Shown in pieces: positions 1 through 9,844 of a DNA stretch of 32,000 nucleotides. Each line of letters starts with the position of its first letter. Position 1 is the stretch's first letter. The stretch is from Ignicoccus hospitalis KIN4/I (GTDB taxonomy: Archaea; Thermoproteota; Thermoprotei_A; Sulfolobales; Ignicoccaceae): NCBI RefSeq assembly GCF_000017945.1, contig NC_009776.1:360001-392000 (forward strand), in the 5' to 3' direction. The position numbers and the translations under genes are program-made. The notes beneath the pieces were generated by a model, which made no database searches, was not told the DNA's origin, and saw only the letters and a list, made by a program, of their open reading frames with translations.

Positions 1-1830
1 GTGGTCAAGGGCGACGTGGGCGACCGCTCCGGGGCTCTGATGAAGGGAGGGAGGGTCTTGGTGGCCGGCGACGCCGGCCTGATGACAGGCCTCTACATGA
101 TGGGCGGCGAGATGGTCGTCTTGGGGGACATAAACGACTACGCGGGGGAGATGATAATAAGGGGCAAGATCTTCGTGGGGGGCTCCCCGAAGAGCTTGGG
201 CAAGAACGCCAAGATAGAGGAGGCTCCCCAGGAGGAGGTCGAGAGGGTAAACGAGCTCTTGAGGAAGTACGGCCTCCCCACGAAGGACAGCTTCTACGTG
301 ATCACCCCCAAGAGCTTGAGGCCCGTTTACAAGGCCTCCGGCGGAGTCCCCGCCATGAAGAACTTGATGCCCAAGTATAGGGTAGAGTTCAAGTACGACA
401 TCTGTATAGGTTGTGGCACTTGTGCTATGGTTTGTCCGGAGAACGTGATTAAGATGAAGGGCTACAAGCCCGTTGCAGCTAGGGAGGCTGACTGCATAGG
501 CTGCTACGCGTGCGTGAACTACTGCCCCACCGACGCGGTTAAAGTGGAGAGGGTGGCAGAGAGCCTCACCAATAGGGCCAGGATAGACGCGAGCACCTTC
601 AATTACATAAGGAAGATGGCCTCCTTGGGCCACCCCCCTGTGGTGGGGATGGGGGCGGAGAACAAGTACTTCCCCTCGTTGGACCAGCTCACCTTCATCC
701 CCGGCCAGACCTCCAGGCCGCCCATAGACAGCTACCGCGAGCCTTGTGACACCGAGGTCGTCTTGGGGGACCGCTTCGCGGAGAGGCCCTTGAAGCTGAA
801 GGCCCCGATACTGATAGGCGCGATGAGCTTCGGCTCGGTGAGCAAGGAGGTAAAGGTGGCGCTCGCCAAGGCCGCCGGTAGGCTGGGGATCGCCGCCAAC
901 ACCGGGGAGGGCGGGATGCTTCCGGAAGAGAGGAAGTACGCCTCCGTCCTCATAGTCCAGTACGCCTCCGGGAGGTTCGGGGTCTCCGCGAGCTACTTGA
1001 GGGCCGGGGACGCGGTGGAGATCAAGATAGGCCAAGGCGCCAAGCCCGGCATGGGAGGGCTCTTATTGGGCGAGAAGGTTACTGAGGACATCGCGAAGAT
1101 GAGGGGCATACCGGTCGGGGCGGACGCCATAAGCCCCGCTAGGCACTTGGACATAGTAGGTCCTGAGGACTTGAAGATGAAGATAGAGCAGCTCAGGGAG
1201 ATAACGGACTGGAAGGTACCCATCATAGTTAAGTACGCGGCCGGCAGGGTGGCGGACGACGTGAAGATAGCTGCTAAGGCGGGGGCGGACATAATAGTGA
1301 TAGACGGGAAGCCCTCCGGCACCGGGGCCACGCCTTACATAGTGACCGAGCACACCGGCTACGCGACCATGGCGGCCACCGTGGAGGCCCACAGGGCGTT
1401 GAAGGAGATAGGGATGAGGGACGAGGTCAGCTTGGTGGTCGGCGGGGGCATAAAGACCGGCGCTGACGCCGCGAAGGTGCTCGCCCTCGGGGCCGACGCG
1501 GTCATGATAGCCTCCTCCACCTTAGTGCCCATAGGTTGTACCTACTGCGGCACGTGTCACAACGGCAAGTGCCCCTACGGCATAGCCACTCAGAGGCCAG
1601 AGCTCCGGAGGAGGATCAACGTGGAGCTCGCCGCGAAGAGGATAGAGAACTACTTAAGAGCCTTCATAGAGGAGATGTGTATGTTCGCCCAGCTGGCGGG
1701 CAAGAGCAAGCTATCTAACTTGGAGAAGGAGGACTTGAGGGCACTGACGTTCGAGGCCTCTCTGCTGACCGGCGTGAAGCTCATGGGCGTGGAGAGGCCC
1801 GCCTCCGAGCTCTTGAGGGAGGACATATAA
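1..1830 (+). CDS. gltB: Archaeal-type glutamate synthase large-subunit-like protein (GXGXG region, 4Fe-4S ferredoxin domain, FMN-binding synthase domain); 5' end may lie outside the window
   Basis: 609-aa ORF from window base 1; ferredoxin motif CIGCGTCAMVCPENVI...CIGCYACVNYCPTDAV; synthase-domain motifs GAMSFGSVSKEVKVALAKAA, ANTGEGGM, GTGATPY, GCTYCGTCHNGKCPYGIATQ. Confidence 0.9.
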   Translation: MVKGDVGDRSGALMKGGRVLVAGDAGLMTGLYMMGGEMVVLGDINDYAGEMIIRGKIFVGGSPKSLGKNAKIEEAPQEEVERVNELLRKYGLPTKDSFYVITPKSLRPVYKASGGVPAMKNLMPKYRVEFKYDICIGCGTCAMVCPENVIKMKGYKPVAAREADCIGCYACVNYCPTDAVKVERVAESLTNRARIDASTFNYIRKMASLGHPPVVGMGAENKYFPSLDQLTFIPGQTSRPPIDSYREPCDTEVVLGDRFAERPLKLKAPILIGAMSFGSVSKEVKVALAKAAGRLGIAANTGEGGMLPEERKYASVLIVQYASGRFGVSASYLRAGDAVEIKIGQGAKPGMGGLLLGEKVTEDIAKMRGIPVGADAISPARHLDIVGPEDLKMKIEQLREITDWKVPIIVKYAAGRVADDVKIAAKAGADIIVIDGKPSGTGATPYIVTEHTGYATMAATVEAHRALKEIGMRDEVSLVVGGGIKTGADAAKVLALGADAVMIASSTLVPIGCTYCGTCHNGKCPYGIATQRPELRRRINVELAAKRIENYLRAFIEEMCMFAQLAGKSKLSNLEKEDLRALTFEASLLTGVKLMGVERPASELLREDI

Positions 1831-2818
1831 TCCTCTTTATTATTATGGTTGAAATCAGCATCAATGTTATGGATATGGTAGCGATAACCTTCACGTCCTT
1901 AAACCTCGTCAAGGGGGCCATTAGAAACGACGACAAAGCCATAGTGGTGTAGGTCAGTCCCAAAGAGGCTCCCTTAGCCTCCGGGACGAACTTGGTCACC
2001 GTAGCCACCAGGCCGGCCTCGTAGAAGGGGTAGACGGGCACGCTCCAAGCGAAGAAGCACGCCGGCGGGGGAGCGAGCAAGGCCAAGGCCACCACGAAGG
2101 GATATGCTAGGAGGGAGCCGAGGAGGACCCTCTCCGGGCCGAACCTCTCCAGCGCCCTCCCGGCCACCAGCCCTCCCAAGAACGCCGTTACCCCCGGACC
2201 CACCGCGTAGGAGAGCACGAACGTTGTGGGGTCCGCGAGCTCGTAGAACCTCCACGCGGTTAAGGCGTAGGAGAGGTACTCCGCCCCCATGAAGGCCGCC
2301 AGAGGGGGGACGAGCCTCTTCAGCTTCGGGACGGCGGCCAAGAAGTTCGCCCTTCCGGGGACGTCCGGGACAGCCGCGACCACCGCCAAGGAGCCCGCGA
2401 AGAAGGAGGCCGCGGGCACTTGGGGGCCTCGGAAGTAGGGGACCAGCGCCACCCCCGCCCCCCAGCCCAAGGAGAGCGCCCCCACGGAGGCGCCCAGCTC
2501 CTCCGGGCCCGCCTCGTTGGCCGCCAACAAGGCCACCACGAAGGCGGAGTAGAAGAAGCTCAGGGTGAGGAAGACGGAAAGGGGGTCGAGGCCCAAGGCG
2601 CTCAAGGGTCCGGCCAAGGGGGCGGCTAAGCTCGCCTTCCTCATGCCCTTCTTGTCCGCCAGCCACCCGAAGAACGTCGCAGACGCCGCCGAGGCCAGCT
2701 CCGCCACCGCCACCGCGCCGGCCTCGCTCACGTCGCCGCTCACTCTGGCGGCCGTCGTGTAATAGCCGTAGCCCAAGGAGAGCAGGGCTATGCCCAAGAG
2801 GAGGAGCCTCTTCCTCAA
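1781..2818 (-). CDS. MFS-like multi-pass membrane transporter
   Basis: 345-aa ORF with repeated hydrophobic segments and a GWLADKKGMRKAS loop resembling the MFS G-x-x-x-D-(R/K)-x-G-x-(R/K) motif. Confidence 0.65.
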   Translation of the reverse strand: MRKRLLLLGIALLSLGYGYYTTAARVSGDVSEAGAVAVAELASAASATFFGWLADKKGMRKASLAAPLAGPLSALGLDPLSVFLTLSFFYSAFVVALLAANEAGPEELGASVGALSLGWGAGVALVPYFRGPQVPAASFFAGSLAVVAAVPDVPGRANFLAAVPKLKRLVPPLAAFMGAEYLSYALTAWRFYELADPTTFVLSYAVGPGVTAFLGGLVAGRALERFGPERVLLGSLLAYPFVVALALLAPPPACFFAWSVPVYPFYEAGLVATVTKFVPEAKGASLGLTYTTMALSSFLMAPLTRFKDVKVIATISITLMLISTIIIKRIICPPSRARRRASPRP

Positions 2819-3267
2819 ACCCTCTTACACCTCTCGACCTCGGCCCTCTTCAACTTCTTCACTAACTGCTCCAACACGTTGTAAGCCTTCTTGGATATCA
2901 ACATTCTTAAGGTCCTCCCGTCCTTAAGCTTCAGTATGAAGAGGACGCTGTTCTCGTACTCCTTGCCGACGCCCTTTCCGGTGTGTTCCTCCACCCTCCA
3001 ACACTTGAGGTCCTCGACGCTCACCTCCAATATTGTTTTCTTCAAGCCCTCCCTCTTCGTCCTCTCCTTTTCAATCTTGTACAAGAAGAGGTCGAGGGAC
3101 CTCGAGAGCCCCCTTCGCGACCTCCCCAGCCCCCTAGAGGCGAGCCTCTCCAACCTGATGGTTCCGTTGTCGTAAACTAAGTCGCAGTGGGTTACCTCCT
3201 TTCCCTCCAACAAGGCGACGCTGTATATCTCTATCACCGCGCGCCCCTTTCCGACGCGACGCACCAA
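2815..3267 (-). CDS. Hypothetical protein (start uncertain; the ORF is open to 3393 but overlaps the neighbouring gene)
   Basis: ORF 2815..3393; the N-terminal part is low-complexity and antisense to the 3308 gene, so a GTG/TTG near 3264-3267 is more likely. Confidence 0.4.
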   Translation of the reverse strand: MVRRVGKGRAVIEIYSVALLEGKEVTHCDLVYDNGTIRLERLASRGLGRSRRGLSRSLDLFLYKIEKERTKREGLKKTILEVSVEDLKCWRVEEHTGKGVGKEYENSVLFILKLKDGRTLRMLISKKAYNVLEQLVKKLKRAEVERCKRV

Positions 3268-3307
3268 ATCTTTCAACGCCTCGCAGCCCCCAGCCGGGGT
3301 TCCCGAG

Positions 3308-4246
3308 ATGTACGCGCTCCCCAACACCGACGCTGAGAAGGTGAGGGCCGGAGGGCTGGAGGTACTGAAGTTGGACGCCGACCCCGTCAGCAAGAGGGAG
3401 AACTACATAAAGTCCTACTTGATAGTCGGGCCCGAGGCTAGAGTACTCGTAGAGACCGGTCCCAGAAACGCCTTCGAAGTGCTCAAGGATTCCTTGGAAT
3501 CTAAAGGGTTCTCCTTGAGGGAGCTGGACGCCGTGCTCCTCACCCACATCCACTTGGACCACGCGGGGGGCTTGGGGGAGGTGTTGAAGGAGTGTAACTG
3601 CAAGGCCTACGTCCACCCCAAGGGCTTGAGGCACTTGGTGGACCCGAGCAAGCTCAACGAGGCCGCCGCTAGAACCTTGGGGAAGGAGATCTTCGAGGCC
3701 TACGGGCCCGCCACCCCCGTGGAGGAGAGCAAGCTCGTGGCGACAGAGGAGGGAGCGCTGAAGGTGGGGGAGGTGGAGGTGCGGGTGGTCCACACGCCCG
3801 GCCACGCCCCCCACCACCAAGCGTTCCTAGTCAACGGCCTGCTGTTCCCCGGGGACGCCTTGGGGGAGGTGACCACTTGGAAGGGCGCCTACACCCCCAC
3901 CACTCCTCATAGAACCATAGTGAGTATGATGATAGATTCGATAAACAAACTGATGGAACTGGAGCCTTGGGCCGCTGCCTATACCCACAGGGGGTTTGTT
4001 GTGGGGAAGGACAACATCTTGTTGCAGATGGCCGGCGAGGTGGAGCAGCTCAGGACGTGGTTGCAAACGATAATGATTAGGAAGGACGAGTGCAAGGAAG
4101 ACGTGTGGTGCTACTTGAGGCACTTGAAGGTCGCCGACCCCTTGTTGGAAGCCCTCGAGGACGAGCTGGAGAGGAGCAGCTTGTTGAAGAACTCGGTGAG
4201 GATGAGTATAGACGGAATATATAGGTACGTGCTCAAAGTATCTTGA
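3308..4246 (+). CDS. Metallo-beta-lactamase fold hydrolase
   Basis: 312-aa ORF with LLTHIHLDHAGGLGEV (HxHxDH), HTPGHAPHHQAF, FPGDAL and a later H ('YTHRGFVVG'). Confidence 0.85.
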   Translation: MYALPNTDAEKVRAGGLEVLKLDADPVSKRENYIKSYLIVGPEARVLVETGPRNAFEVLKDSLESKGFSLRELDAVLLTHIHLDHAGGLGEVLKECNCKAYVHPKGLRHLVDPSKLNEAAARTLGKEIFEAYGPATPVEESKLVATEEGALKVGEVEVRVVHTPGHAPHHQAFLVNGLLFPGDALGEVTTWKGAYTPTTPHRTIVSMMIDSINKLMELEPWAAAYTHRGFVVGKDNILLQMAGEVEQLRTWLQTIMIRKDECKEDVWCYLRHLKVADPLLEALEDELERSSLLKNSVRMSIDGIYRYVLKVS

Positions 4247-5054
4247 CGTAGTCGAAGAGCCCCACCTTCAACTTCACCCTCACTTTCAACTTTCTCATCA
4301 TTCTTTCCTTGACGACCTTCGCTATCTCTTCAGAAACCTTATACCCGCTGAAGAGACCCACCTTCGCGTCCGGCGACTTCTCGGCGAGGACTATGACGTC
4401 CACCATCTCGTTGGCCATATCGAGGAGCACTATATAATCCTTCAAGACCAGTCCGACGGAAGTGGCCACTGCCCTTATCATCTCGTCGAGCACCACGTCG
4501 GCTATCATAAATATCACCTTCCCTTCCATGCTGACGGCGAGGATCACGGGCTGGGGATACCTCTCCTCCTTCAGGACCTTCATTACGTACTGCCACAACA
4601 TCTTGGCGGCTCCGTGTATGGATATTGAGATGGTCTTTTTCTTCTCCAACCTAAACTTGAATACCCAGAGTCCCGTGTCTTCGTCCTTCTCCTTGACGAA
4701 GTCTATTATATCGAACGGCGCGTTGTTGGAAATTTCTGCCAAGTTCCACTTTATCTTCTCGTATATTTCCTCTATTAGGTCCCTCTTGGTAGACTTCTCC
4801 TCTTCCCGCTGGACCTCCTCCGCTTTCGGCAGCTTGAGCGAGAGGATTTGGGAAAGCTTGTCTGCCTTTATCAAGACTAAGTACAACGCGTTTTCGTCGA
4901 CGTTCTCGATATTCTCCTTGTTAACTATAATCATGACGGGCTCGTCCTCCTCCAAGGGGATTATTCGGACCTCCTCCGCGAGCTCCACCAAGCCTAGGAG
5001 CTCCGACCCCCTAACCACTCCGAACACGTGTTTCAAGGCGATCACCCTCGGCAC
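4233..5054 (-). CDS. Hypothetical protein
   Basis: 273-aa ORF with normal composition; fills the space between neighbours; no motif recognised. Confidence 0.6.
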   Translation of the reverse strand: MPRVIALKHVFGVVRGSELLGLVELAEEVRIIPLEEDEPVMIIVNKENIENVDENALYLVLIKADKLSQILSLKLPKAEEVQREEEKSTKRDLIEEIYEKIKWNLAEISNNAPFDIIDFVKEKDEDTGLWVFKFRLEKKKTISISIHGAAKMLWQYVMKVLKEERYPQPVILAVSMEGKVIFMIADVVLDEMIRAVATSVGLVLKDYIVLLDMANEMVDVIVLAEKSPDAKVGLFSGYKVSEEIAKVVKERMMRKLKVRVKLKVGLFDYVKIL

Positions 5055-5066
5055 GCTCGTGTCTCT

Positions 5067-5669
5067 TCATCCCAGCGCGGTTAGCTCGGAAGCCCTCCTC
5101 ACTGCGACCCTCCTTGAGAGGTGGAGGTTTTTCCTAATTATGAACTCTAGCGCGCGGGCCTTGGCCCCCCGCGGGGGCTTGGTGGCCACGGGCTCCGGCT
5201 TGAAGGGGCACTGGACCGCGCTCCCCGCTTGGGCCAAGGGGTCCTCCACCCCCAAGTCCTCCTTGTCCGACCCGAACAAGGGCCGGAGGACCTTAACGCC
5301 TCGGGAGACGAAGGCGGCGTTCTGGAGGGTCTGGGAGGCCACTTGCCCCAGAGAGTCCCCCATTATCGGGACCCCGTGCTGGGAGGCCCTCAAAACCATG
5401 CCCCTCTTGCAAGCCAGACAGAGGTACTCGCCCATTTGGTGCTTGGCCAGCTCGGCGCTCACCGCCTTCAAGAACGGCCTGTGGTCGTACAGCACCACCT
5501 CCGGGTCGAGCGCGCTCAAGGCTCTCAGTGCGAGCAAGGTCTGTCGGAAGTTTACTATAAAATGGGCAACTCTTTTGGGCCTCAGAACTTGCAAGAGGTA
5601 AAAGCTGTCGAGGCCGCCGGAAAACAATAAAATTCCCTCGTCGACGCTCTGCTCCCGAGTGTCCCTCAT
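5067..5669 (-). CDS. ThiI-like PP-loop (AANH) ATPase without a THUMP domain; exact start uncertain
   Basis: PP-loop LLFSGGLDSFYLL; LCLACKRGM; GDSLGQVASQTLQN resembles the ThiI G-x-SLGQVASQT motif. The 5' end overlaps the hypD start; a TTG just before FSGG is an alternative. Confidence 0.7.
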   Translation of the reverse strand: MRDTREQSVDEGILLFSGGLDSFYLLQVLRPKRVAHFIVNFRQTLLALRALSALDPEVVLYDHRPFLKAVSAELAKHQMGEYLCLACKRGMVLRASQHGVPIMGDSLGQVASQTLQNAAFVSRGVKVLRPLFGSDKEDLGVEDPLAQAGSAVQCPFKPEPVATKPPRGAKARALEFIIRKNLHLSRRVAVRRASELTALG

Positions 5670-6804
5670 GACGATCCCCCAAGAGCTCGTCCAGAAGACA
5701 GTCGAGGCGATAAGGGGTTTAGCTAAGGAGGCAGTCAAGAAGAAGAACAAAGAAGTTATAAAAATTATGCACGTGTGCGGGACCCACGAACACACGGTAA
5801 CCCACAACGGCTTGAGGTCCTTAATGCCCCCAGAGGTGGAGCTCATAGCCGGCCCCGGGTGCCCGGTCTGCGTGACCCCCGCTGCGGCGGTGGACGCGCT
5901 CATAGACCTCTCCTTGAGCGGGGTTAGGGTCTACGCCTACGGGGACGTCTACAAGCTCCCGGGGACAAAGGGCTCTCTGGCGGTGGCCAAGGCGAGGGGA
6001 GGGGACGTCAAGGTCGTTTACGGCTTCTTGGACGCTATAAGGGACGCCAAGCAGTACGGGAAGGAGGCGGTGTTCTTCGGAGTAGGGTTCGAGACCACGG
6101 TAGTCACCGTGGCCGGGCCGATATACGACGGCAGGGTGCCGAAGAACTTGAAGGTGCTCTCCGCCTACTTGCTCACCGCCCCCGGGCTCAAGAGGGCTAT
6201 AGAGGCCCACGAGGCCACCGGGATACCGCTGGACGGCATAATAGCCCCCGGCCACGTGTCCAGCGTAATAGGCGCGAACGCTTGGAAGTACTTGCCGGAG
6301 GAGTTCGGCTTCCCGACCGTGGTGGCCGGGTTCGAGGCGTACGACTACTTGCTCGCCGTAGCGGAGATACTTAGGCAAATAGTTAGGGGAGAGGCCAAGC
6401 TAGTGAACGAGTACTCTAGGGTGGTGAGGCCGGAAGGCAACGTTACTGCTTGGAGGAAGGTGATGGAAGTATTCGACGTGGTGGACGCGTATTGGAGGGG
6501 GATAGGGGTGTTGCCGGAGAGCGGGCTGGCCTTCAAGGAGAAGTACAAGGACTACGACGCTGCAGCGGAATACGGGATAGAGATCAAGCCGACTGAGAGG
6601 GAGCTGCCCCCGGGCTGCAAGTGCGCGGAGATAAACTTGGGCATAGCGAAGCCCACGGACTGTCCGTACTTCAAGACCCGCTGTACGCCCACCACCCCCA
6701 TAGGGCCTTGCATGGTGAGCGACGAGGGGACTTGCTCCATATGGGCTAGGTTCGGCGGAGGAGGGCTGGTGGAGGAGCTGGCGAGGCTGGCCGGGATAGA
6801 GTGA
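5668..6804 (+). CDS. hypD: Hydrogenase maturation factor HypD
   Basis: MHVCGTHEHTVTHNGLRSLMPPEVELIAGPGCPVCVTP; FFGVGFETT; GFEAYDYL; CKCAEINLG...CPYFKTRCTP...GPCMVSDEGTCSIW. The ATG at 5668 is preferred over the upstream GTG. Confidence 0.93.
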   Translation: MTIPQELVQKTVEAIRGLAKEAVKKKNKEVIKIMHVCGTHEHTVTHNGLRSLMPPEVELIAGPGCPVCVTPAAAVDALIDLSLSGVRVYAYGDVYKLPGTKGSLAVAKARGGDVKVVYGFLDAIRDAKQYGKEAVFFGVGFETTVVTVAGPIYDGRVPKNLKVLSAYLLTAPGLKRAIEAHEATGIPLDGIIAPGHVSSVIGANAWKYLPEEFGFPTVVAGFEAYDYLLAVAEILRQIVRGEAKLVNEYSRVVRPEGNVTAWRKVMEVFDVVDAYWRGIGVLPESGLAFKEKYKDYDAAAEYGIEIKPTERELPPGCKCAEINLGIAKPTDCPYFKTRCTPTTPIGPCMVSDEGTCSIWARFGGGGLVEELARLAGIE

Positions 6805-6857
6805 GAGGCCCTCCGACTGGCCTTTCGCTCCTCACCTCTCGGGCGCGGAACTGGTCT

Positions 6858-7958
6858 TCATCGGGGCTCCTTGGGCAAGGCATAAACCTTCCCCTTGTAC
6901 TCTATTACGTAAACCTCCTCCCCCAGCTCCAAGTCCGGCGGGCCCTCCGCCTCCACCACCTCGCCCCCGACGTTCACCTTCAAGGGGTTCTCGCTCTCAA
7001 CCGTGCCCACCTTCAAGTACACCTCGTCCAAGTACTTTATCTTCCCGCTCTTCCTCAGTTGCCACCACTCGTCCGTGGGAAGCTTGAGCTCCTTGTCGCT
7101 GTGGAGCAAATACAAGGAGAACTTCCCCTTGTTGAACCCCTCGAATATGGCCGGTTCGCCGAAGAAGAGCAAGCCCTCGCCGCCCTTCAGCTTGGGGAGC
7201 CTTACGCTTATCGTCAGCCTCGTCCTCACCTTCCCGTCCTTCCTCATTCCCACGACACTATAGCTCTCTATTATCTTGGCCCCCATGTTGAACCTCATCA
7301 GCTGCGCGGCTCTCTTGGCGACCTCTTTACTCACCAATAACACGTCCAAGCCGTTCTTCTGGTCCACTAACTCCACCACGTCCTCCCCGCTCCCAGCCTT
7401 AGCGAAGAGCTCCCCGGCGGTCCTCAGCTCTTCTAGCGTAACCCTGCCGGACTCGGAGCGTATCTGCAAGACCGCGTCGTAGTCCTTCCCGCTCTTCATC
7501 AAGCACTTGGGACACGGCTTCTTCTCTACATCCAGCGGGACGGTCAAGGTCTGAACAGTCTTAGCCCCCTTGACGATTACCTCCGCAGTGACTTCGGCGA
7601 AATACTTCCCGCCCCTCCTCCTAACCACCTCTACGGAGAGGAGCTCCGCCCCCTCCGCCGGGGGGACGGGCCTCAGGCCCTCCTCCACCATCCTGTGGGC
7701 TAACATCCTAATGGTCTCCTCCACGTCCCCCGTGCCCTTGACCCAAGAGTTGTCCACTAGGTAGGAGGAGCACACGGGGCACACCACCAACTTCCTCTTG
7801 CTCTTAACCTCGAAGAGGGGTCTTTCCTCCGTTAGACACTTCAAGCACAAGCCGTCCACTATCGGGTTGTCGGGGGCCTCCAGCGCCCCGCACTTGACGC
7901 AGAACCTCCTACGCCTCCTTCCCATTCTTCCCATTCCCGCGCCCGTCCGACTTCCCAC
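6858..7958 (-). CDS. NMD3-like ribosome-associated zinc-binding protein
   Basis: N-terminal FCVKCGALEAPDNPIVDGLCLKCLTEERPLFEV...VCPVCSSYLVDNSWVKG; later CPKCLMKSG; archaeal NMD3 layout. Confidence 0.75.
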   Translation of the reverse strand: MGSRTGAGMGRMGRRRRRFCVKCGALEAPDNPIVDGLCLKCLTEERPLFEVKSKRKLVVCPVCSSYLVDNSWVKGTGDVEETIRMLAHRMVEEGLRPVPPAEGAELLSVEVVRRRGGKYFAEVTAEVIVKGAKTVQTLTVPLDVEKKPCPKCLMKSGKDYDAVLQIRSESGRVTLEELRTAGELFAKAGSGEDVVELVDQKNGLDVLLVSKEVAKRAAQLMRFNMGAKIIESYSVVGMRKDGKVRTRLTISVRLPKLKGGEGLLFFGEPAIFEGFNKGKFSLYLLHSDKELKLPTDEWWQLRKSGKIKYLDEVYLKVGTVESENPLKVNVGGEVVEAEGPPDLELGEEVYVIEYKGKVYALPKEPR

Positions 7959-7962
7959 AAGT

Positions 7963-8613
7963 TCATCCTTTATAAGGAAAGCACGTCAGCCACTCCTCCA
8001 CAGAGGGCTTGACCGCGTGGGTAGCGACCAGCGAGTCCAAGTTCAACGGCAAGGGCTTGCATACTTTTATCTCCTTGACGTCGTAGTTCCTATTCAGTAC
8101 TATTCCGTCCTTAGTAAGGAACGCCGCCGGCCCGCCCAAGGCCTTTACCCGCCCGTAGTCCGGCGTCACGGACTTGCTGACGTAGTTGCAAGTGAGCAAG
8201 GGCTCGTCGGAGTCGTTCACCAAGACGTGGGCCATCCCCTCCGGCACCTTAACCACGTCGCCCTCCTTCAGTTCGACCACGTAGACCCTCTCGAGATCGT
8301 GTAACAAGAACTTCCCCCTCCCCCGGAGGACGCAGTAGACCTCCGGCCAAGGTTTCCCCCAAGGGCCCTCCGGGTGGAAGTGGCCGTGGGTGCGGTAGAA
8401 CTCGCCGTCCGGGAGGGCGCCGGGGTAGAGCACGGTCACGTCCGCCCTCAAGTCGTACTGGTGAACGGGCTCCACGTCCCTAAACACCTTGTAAACTACT
8501 TCCTCCCCCTCCACGGGGGAGAGGGTCACCCCGTTGAGGTCTTTTACCCTCCTTACTTGAGCTTTCCTCATGCCCAGTTGAGTGATCATAAAATCGTCCG
8601 CGAGGACGTTCAA
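7963..8613 (-). CDS. pgiA: Archaeal cupin-type glucose-6-phosphate isomerase
   Basis: RTHGHFHPEGPWGKPWPEVYCVLRGRGKFLLHD...GDVVKVPEGMAHVLVNDSDEPLLTCNYVS. Confidence 0.82.
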   Translation of the reverse strand: MNVLADDFMITQLGMRKAQVRRVKDLNGVTLSPVEGEEVVYKVFRDVEPVHQYDLRADVTVLYPGALPDGEFYRTHGHFHPEGPWGKPWPEVYCVLRGRGKFLLHDLERVYVVELKEGDVVKVPEGMAHVLVNDSDEPLLTCNYVSKSVTPDYGRVKALGGPAAFLTKDGIVLNRNYDVKEIKVCKPLPLNLDSLVATHAVKPSVEEWLTCFPYKG

Positions 8614-8672
8614 GGCCTTTGCCCCCGCGTCTTCAAGTCCACGTCTTAAGCGCCTTAACTCCGGGCCCCCGG

Positions 8673-9584
8673 GTGGAGGCTTCGGGGAAGCTCAGAGCTT
8701 ACTTGGAACTGGTTAGGGCCCACAACCTCTTGGGCACGGTATTGGGCGTCATAGCCGGCGCGGCGCTCCTCGGCGAGGTGAACGTCGCGGCCGCGATAGC
8801 CTCCGCGAGCGCCGCCGCCGTGGCGGCCGGGGGGTACGCGATAAACGACTACTTCGACGTGGAGATAGACAAAGTAAACAAGCCGGAGAGGCCCATACCC
8901 AGCGGGAGGGTGGGGGCCGAAGAGGCTAGGAAGCTGGCCTTGGCTTTGTTGGCCTTGGGCCCGCTCCTAGGCCTCGCCGTGGGCCCCCTCACCGGCGCCT
9001 ACGCCGCCCTCAACGCGGTCTTGATGTACTACTACTCCAAGTCTCTCAAGAAGACCGGCCTGCCGGGGAACTTGGCGGTCTCCTTCTCCACCGCCTCCAC
9101 CCTGCTGTACGGCTCCCTAGCTACGGCCGAGTGGGCCGGGGAGGTGGCGCGGGTTCTGAGGACTATTCCTATAATACTCATGGTGTTCTTAATGACGTTG
9201 GCGAGGGAGGTAGTGAAAGGGGTTGAGGACTACGTTGGCGACAAGGAGGGCGGAGTGAAGACCTTAGCTGTCGTCAAGGGGCCGGACTTTGCGCTCCGCG
9301 CGGCCCTCGCGCTCGCTTGCGCCTCCCTCGCGCTGGCCTACCTCGCGGCCCCCTTGCTCTCCTTGGGCTACGCGTTCTTGGCCTTCGTGACGCTCGGCGG
9401 ACTCCTCTCCCTCGCCTCCGTGGCCGCGTGCTTGCGCTCTGAGGACCCGGTGAGGTGCGCCGCCAAGCCCCGGAGGGCGATGAAGGTGGCGATGTTTTTG
9501 GGACTAATAGGCATCTTGGTCGACAGGCTGGTTCAACCCGTTTTTTATCCTCACGTGCTTCACGCGGGGGGAGAAGAGGGTTGA
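8673..9584 (+). CDS. UbiA-family prenyltransferase, probably (S)-2,3-di-O-geranylgeranylglyceryl phosphate synthase
   Basis: ORF 8619..9584; GYAINDYFDVEIDKVNKPERPIPSGRV and REVVKGVEDYVGDKEGGVKTLAV are UbiA-family Asp-rich motifs. GTG at 8673 is the likely start. Confidence 0.85.
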   Translation: MEASGKLRAYLELVRAHNLLGTVLGVIAGAALLGEVNVAAAIASASAAAVAAGGYAINDYFDVEIDKVNKPERPIPSGRVGAEEARKLALALLALGPLLGLAVGPLTGAYAALNAVLMYYYSKSLKKTGLPGNLAVSFSTASTLLYGSLATAEWAGEVARVLRTIPIILMVFLMTLAREVVKGVEDYVGDKEGGVKTLAVVKGPDFALRAALALACASLALAYLAAPLLSLGYAFLAFVTLGGLLSLASVAACLRSEDPVRCAAKPRRAMKVAMFLGLIGILVDRLVQPVFYPHVLHAGGEEG

Positions 9585-9844
9585 CTAAGGAGGTCATCGT
9601 TGTTAGGGACAAACCCGTAAGTGAGTACGTCTTGAACGCGGTGGTCGCATTTAACAGCGGCGCGGAGGAAGTGGAAATAGTGGGCAGGGGGCGCTACATA
9701 TCGAAGGCCGTGGTCGTGTTCAACAGGCTGAGGGAGAGGTTGGAAGAGACGTTGAAGGTTGTTAACGTGGAGATAGGGAGCGAGGAGAGCAGGCGGGGGA
9801 GGCCGGTGGCCTACATCAAGATTCGAGTGACGCAAGGGCTCTGA
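9581..9844 (+). CDS. albA: Alba family DNA/RNA-binding protein
   Basis: TTG-start 87-aa frame: TKEVIVVRDKPVSEYVLNAVVAFNSGAEEVEIVGRGRYISKAVVVFNRLRE...VNVEIGSEESRRGRPVAYIKIRVTQGL. Confidence 0.87.
   Translation: MTKEVIVVRDKPVSEYVLNAVVAFNSGAEEVEIVGRGRYISKAVVVFNRLRERLEETLKVVNVEIGSEESRRGRPVAYIKIRVTQGL

Noticed and set aside
3134-3820. 228-aa minus-strand ORF
   Set aside because: Antisense to the metallo-beta-lactamase gene, which has clear catalytic motifs.
4462-5601. 379-aa plus-strand ORF
   Set aside because: Antisense to the 4233-5054 gene and the ThiI-like gene; Ser/Thr/Leu-rich low-complexity translation.
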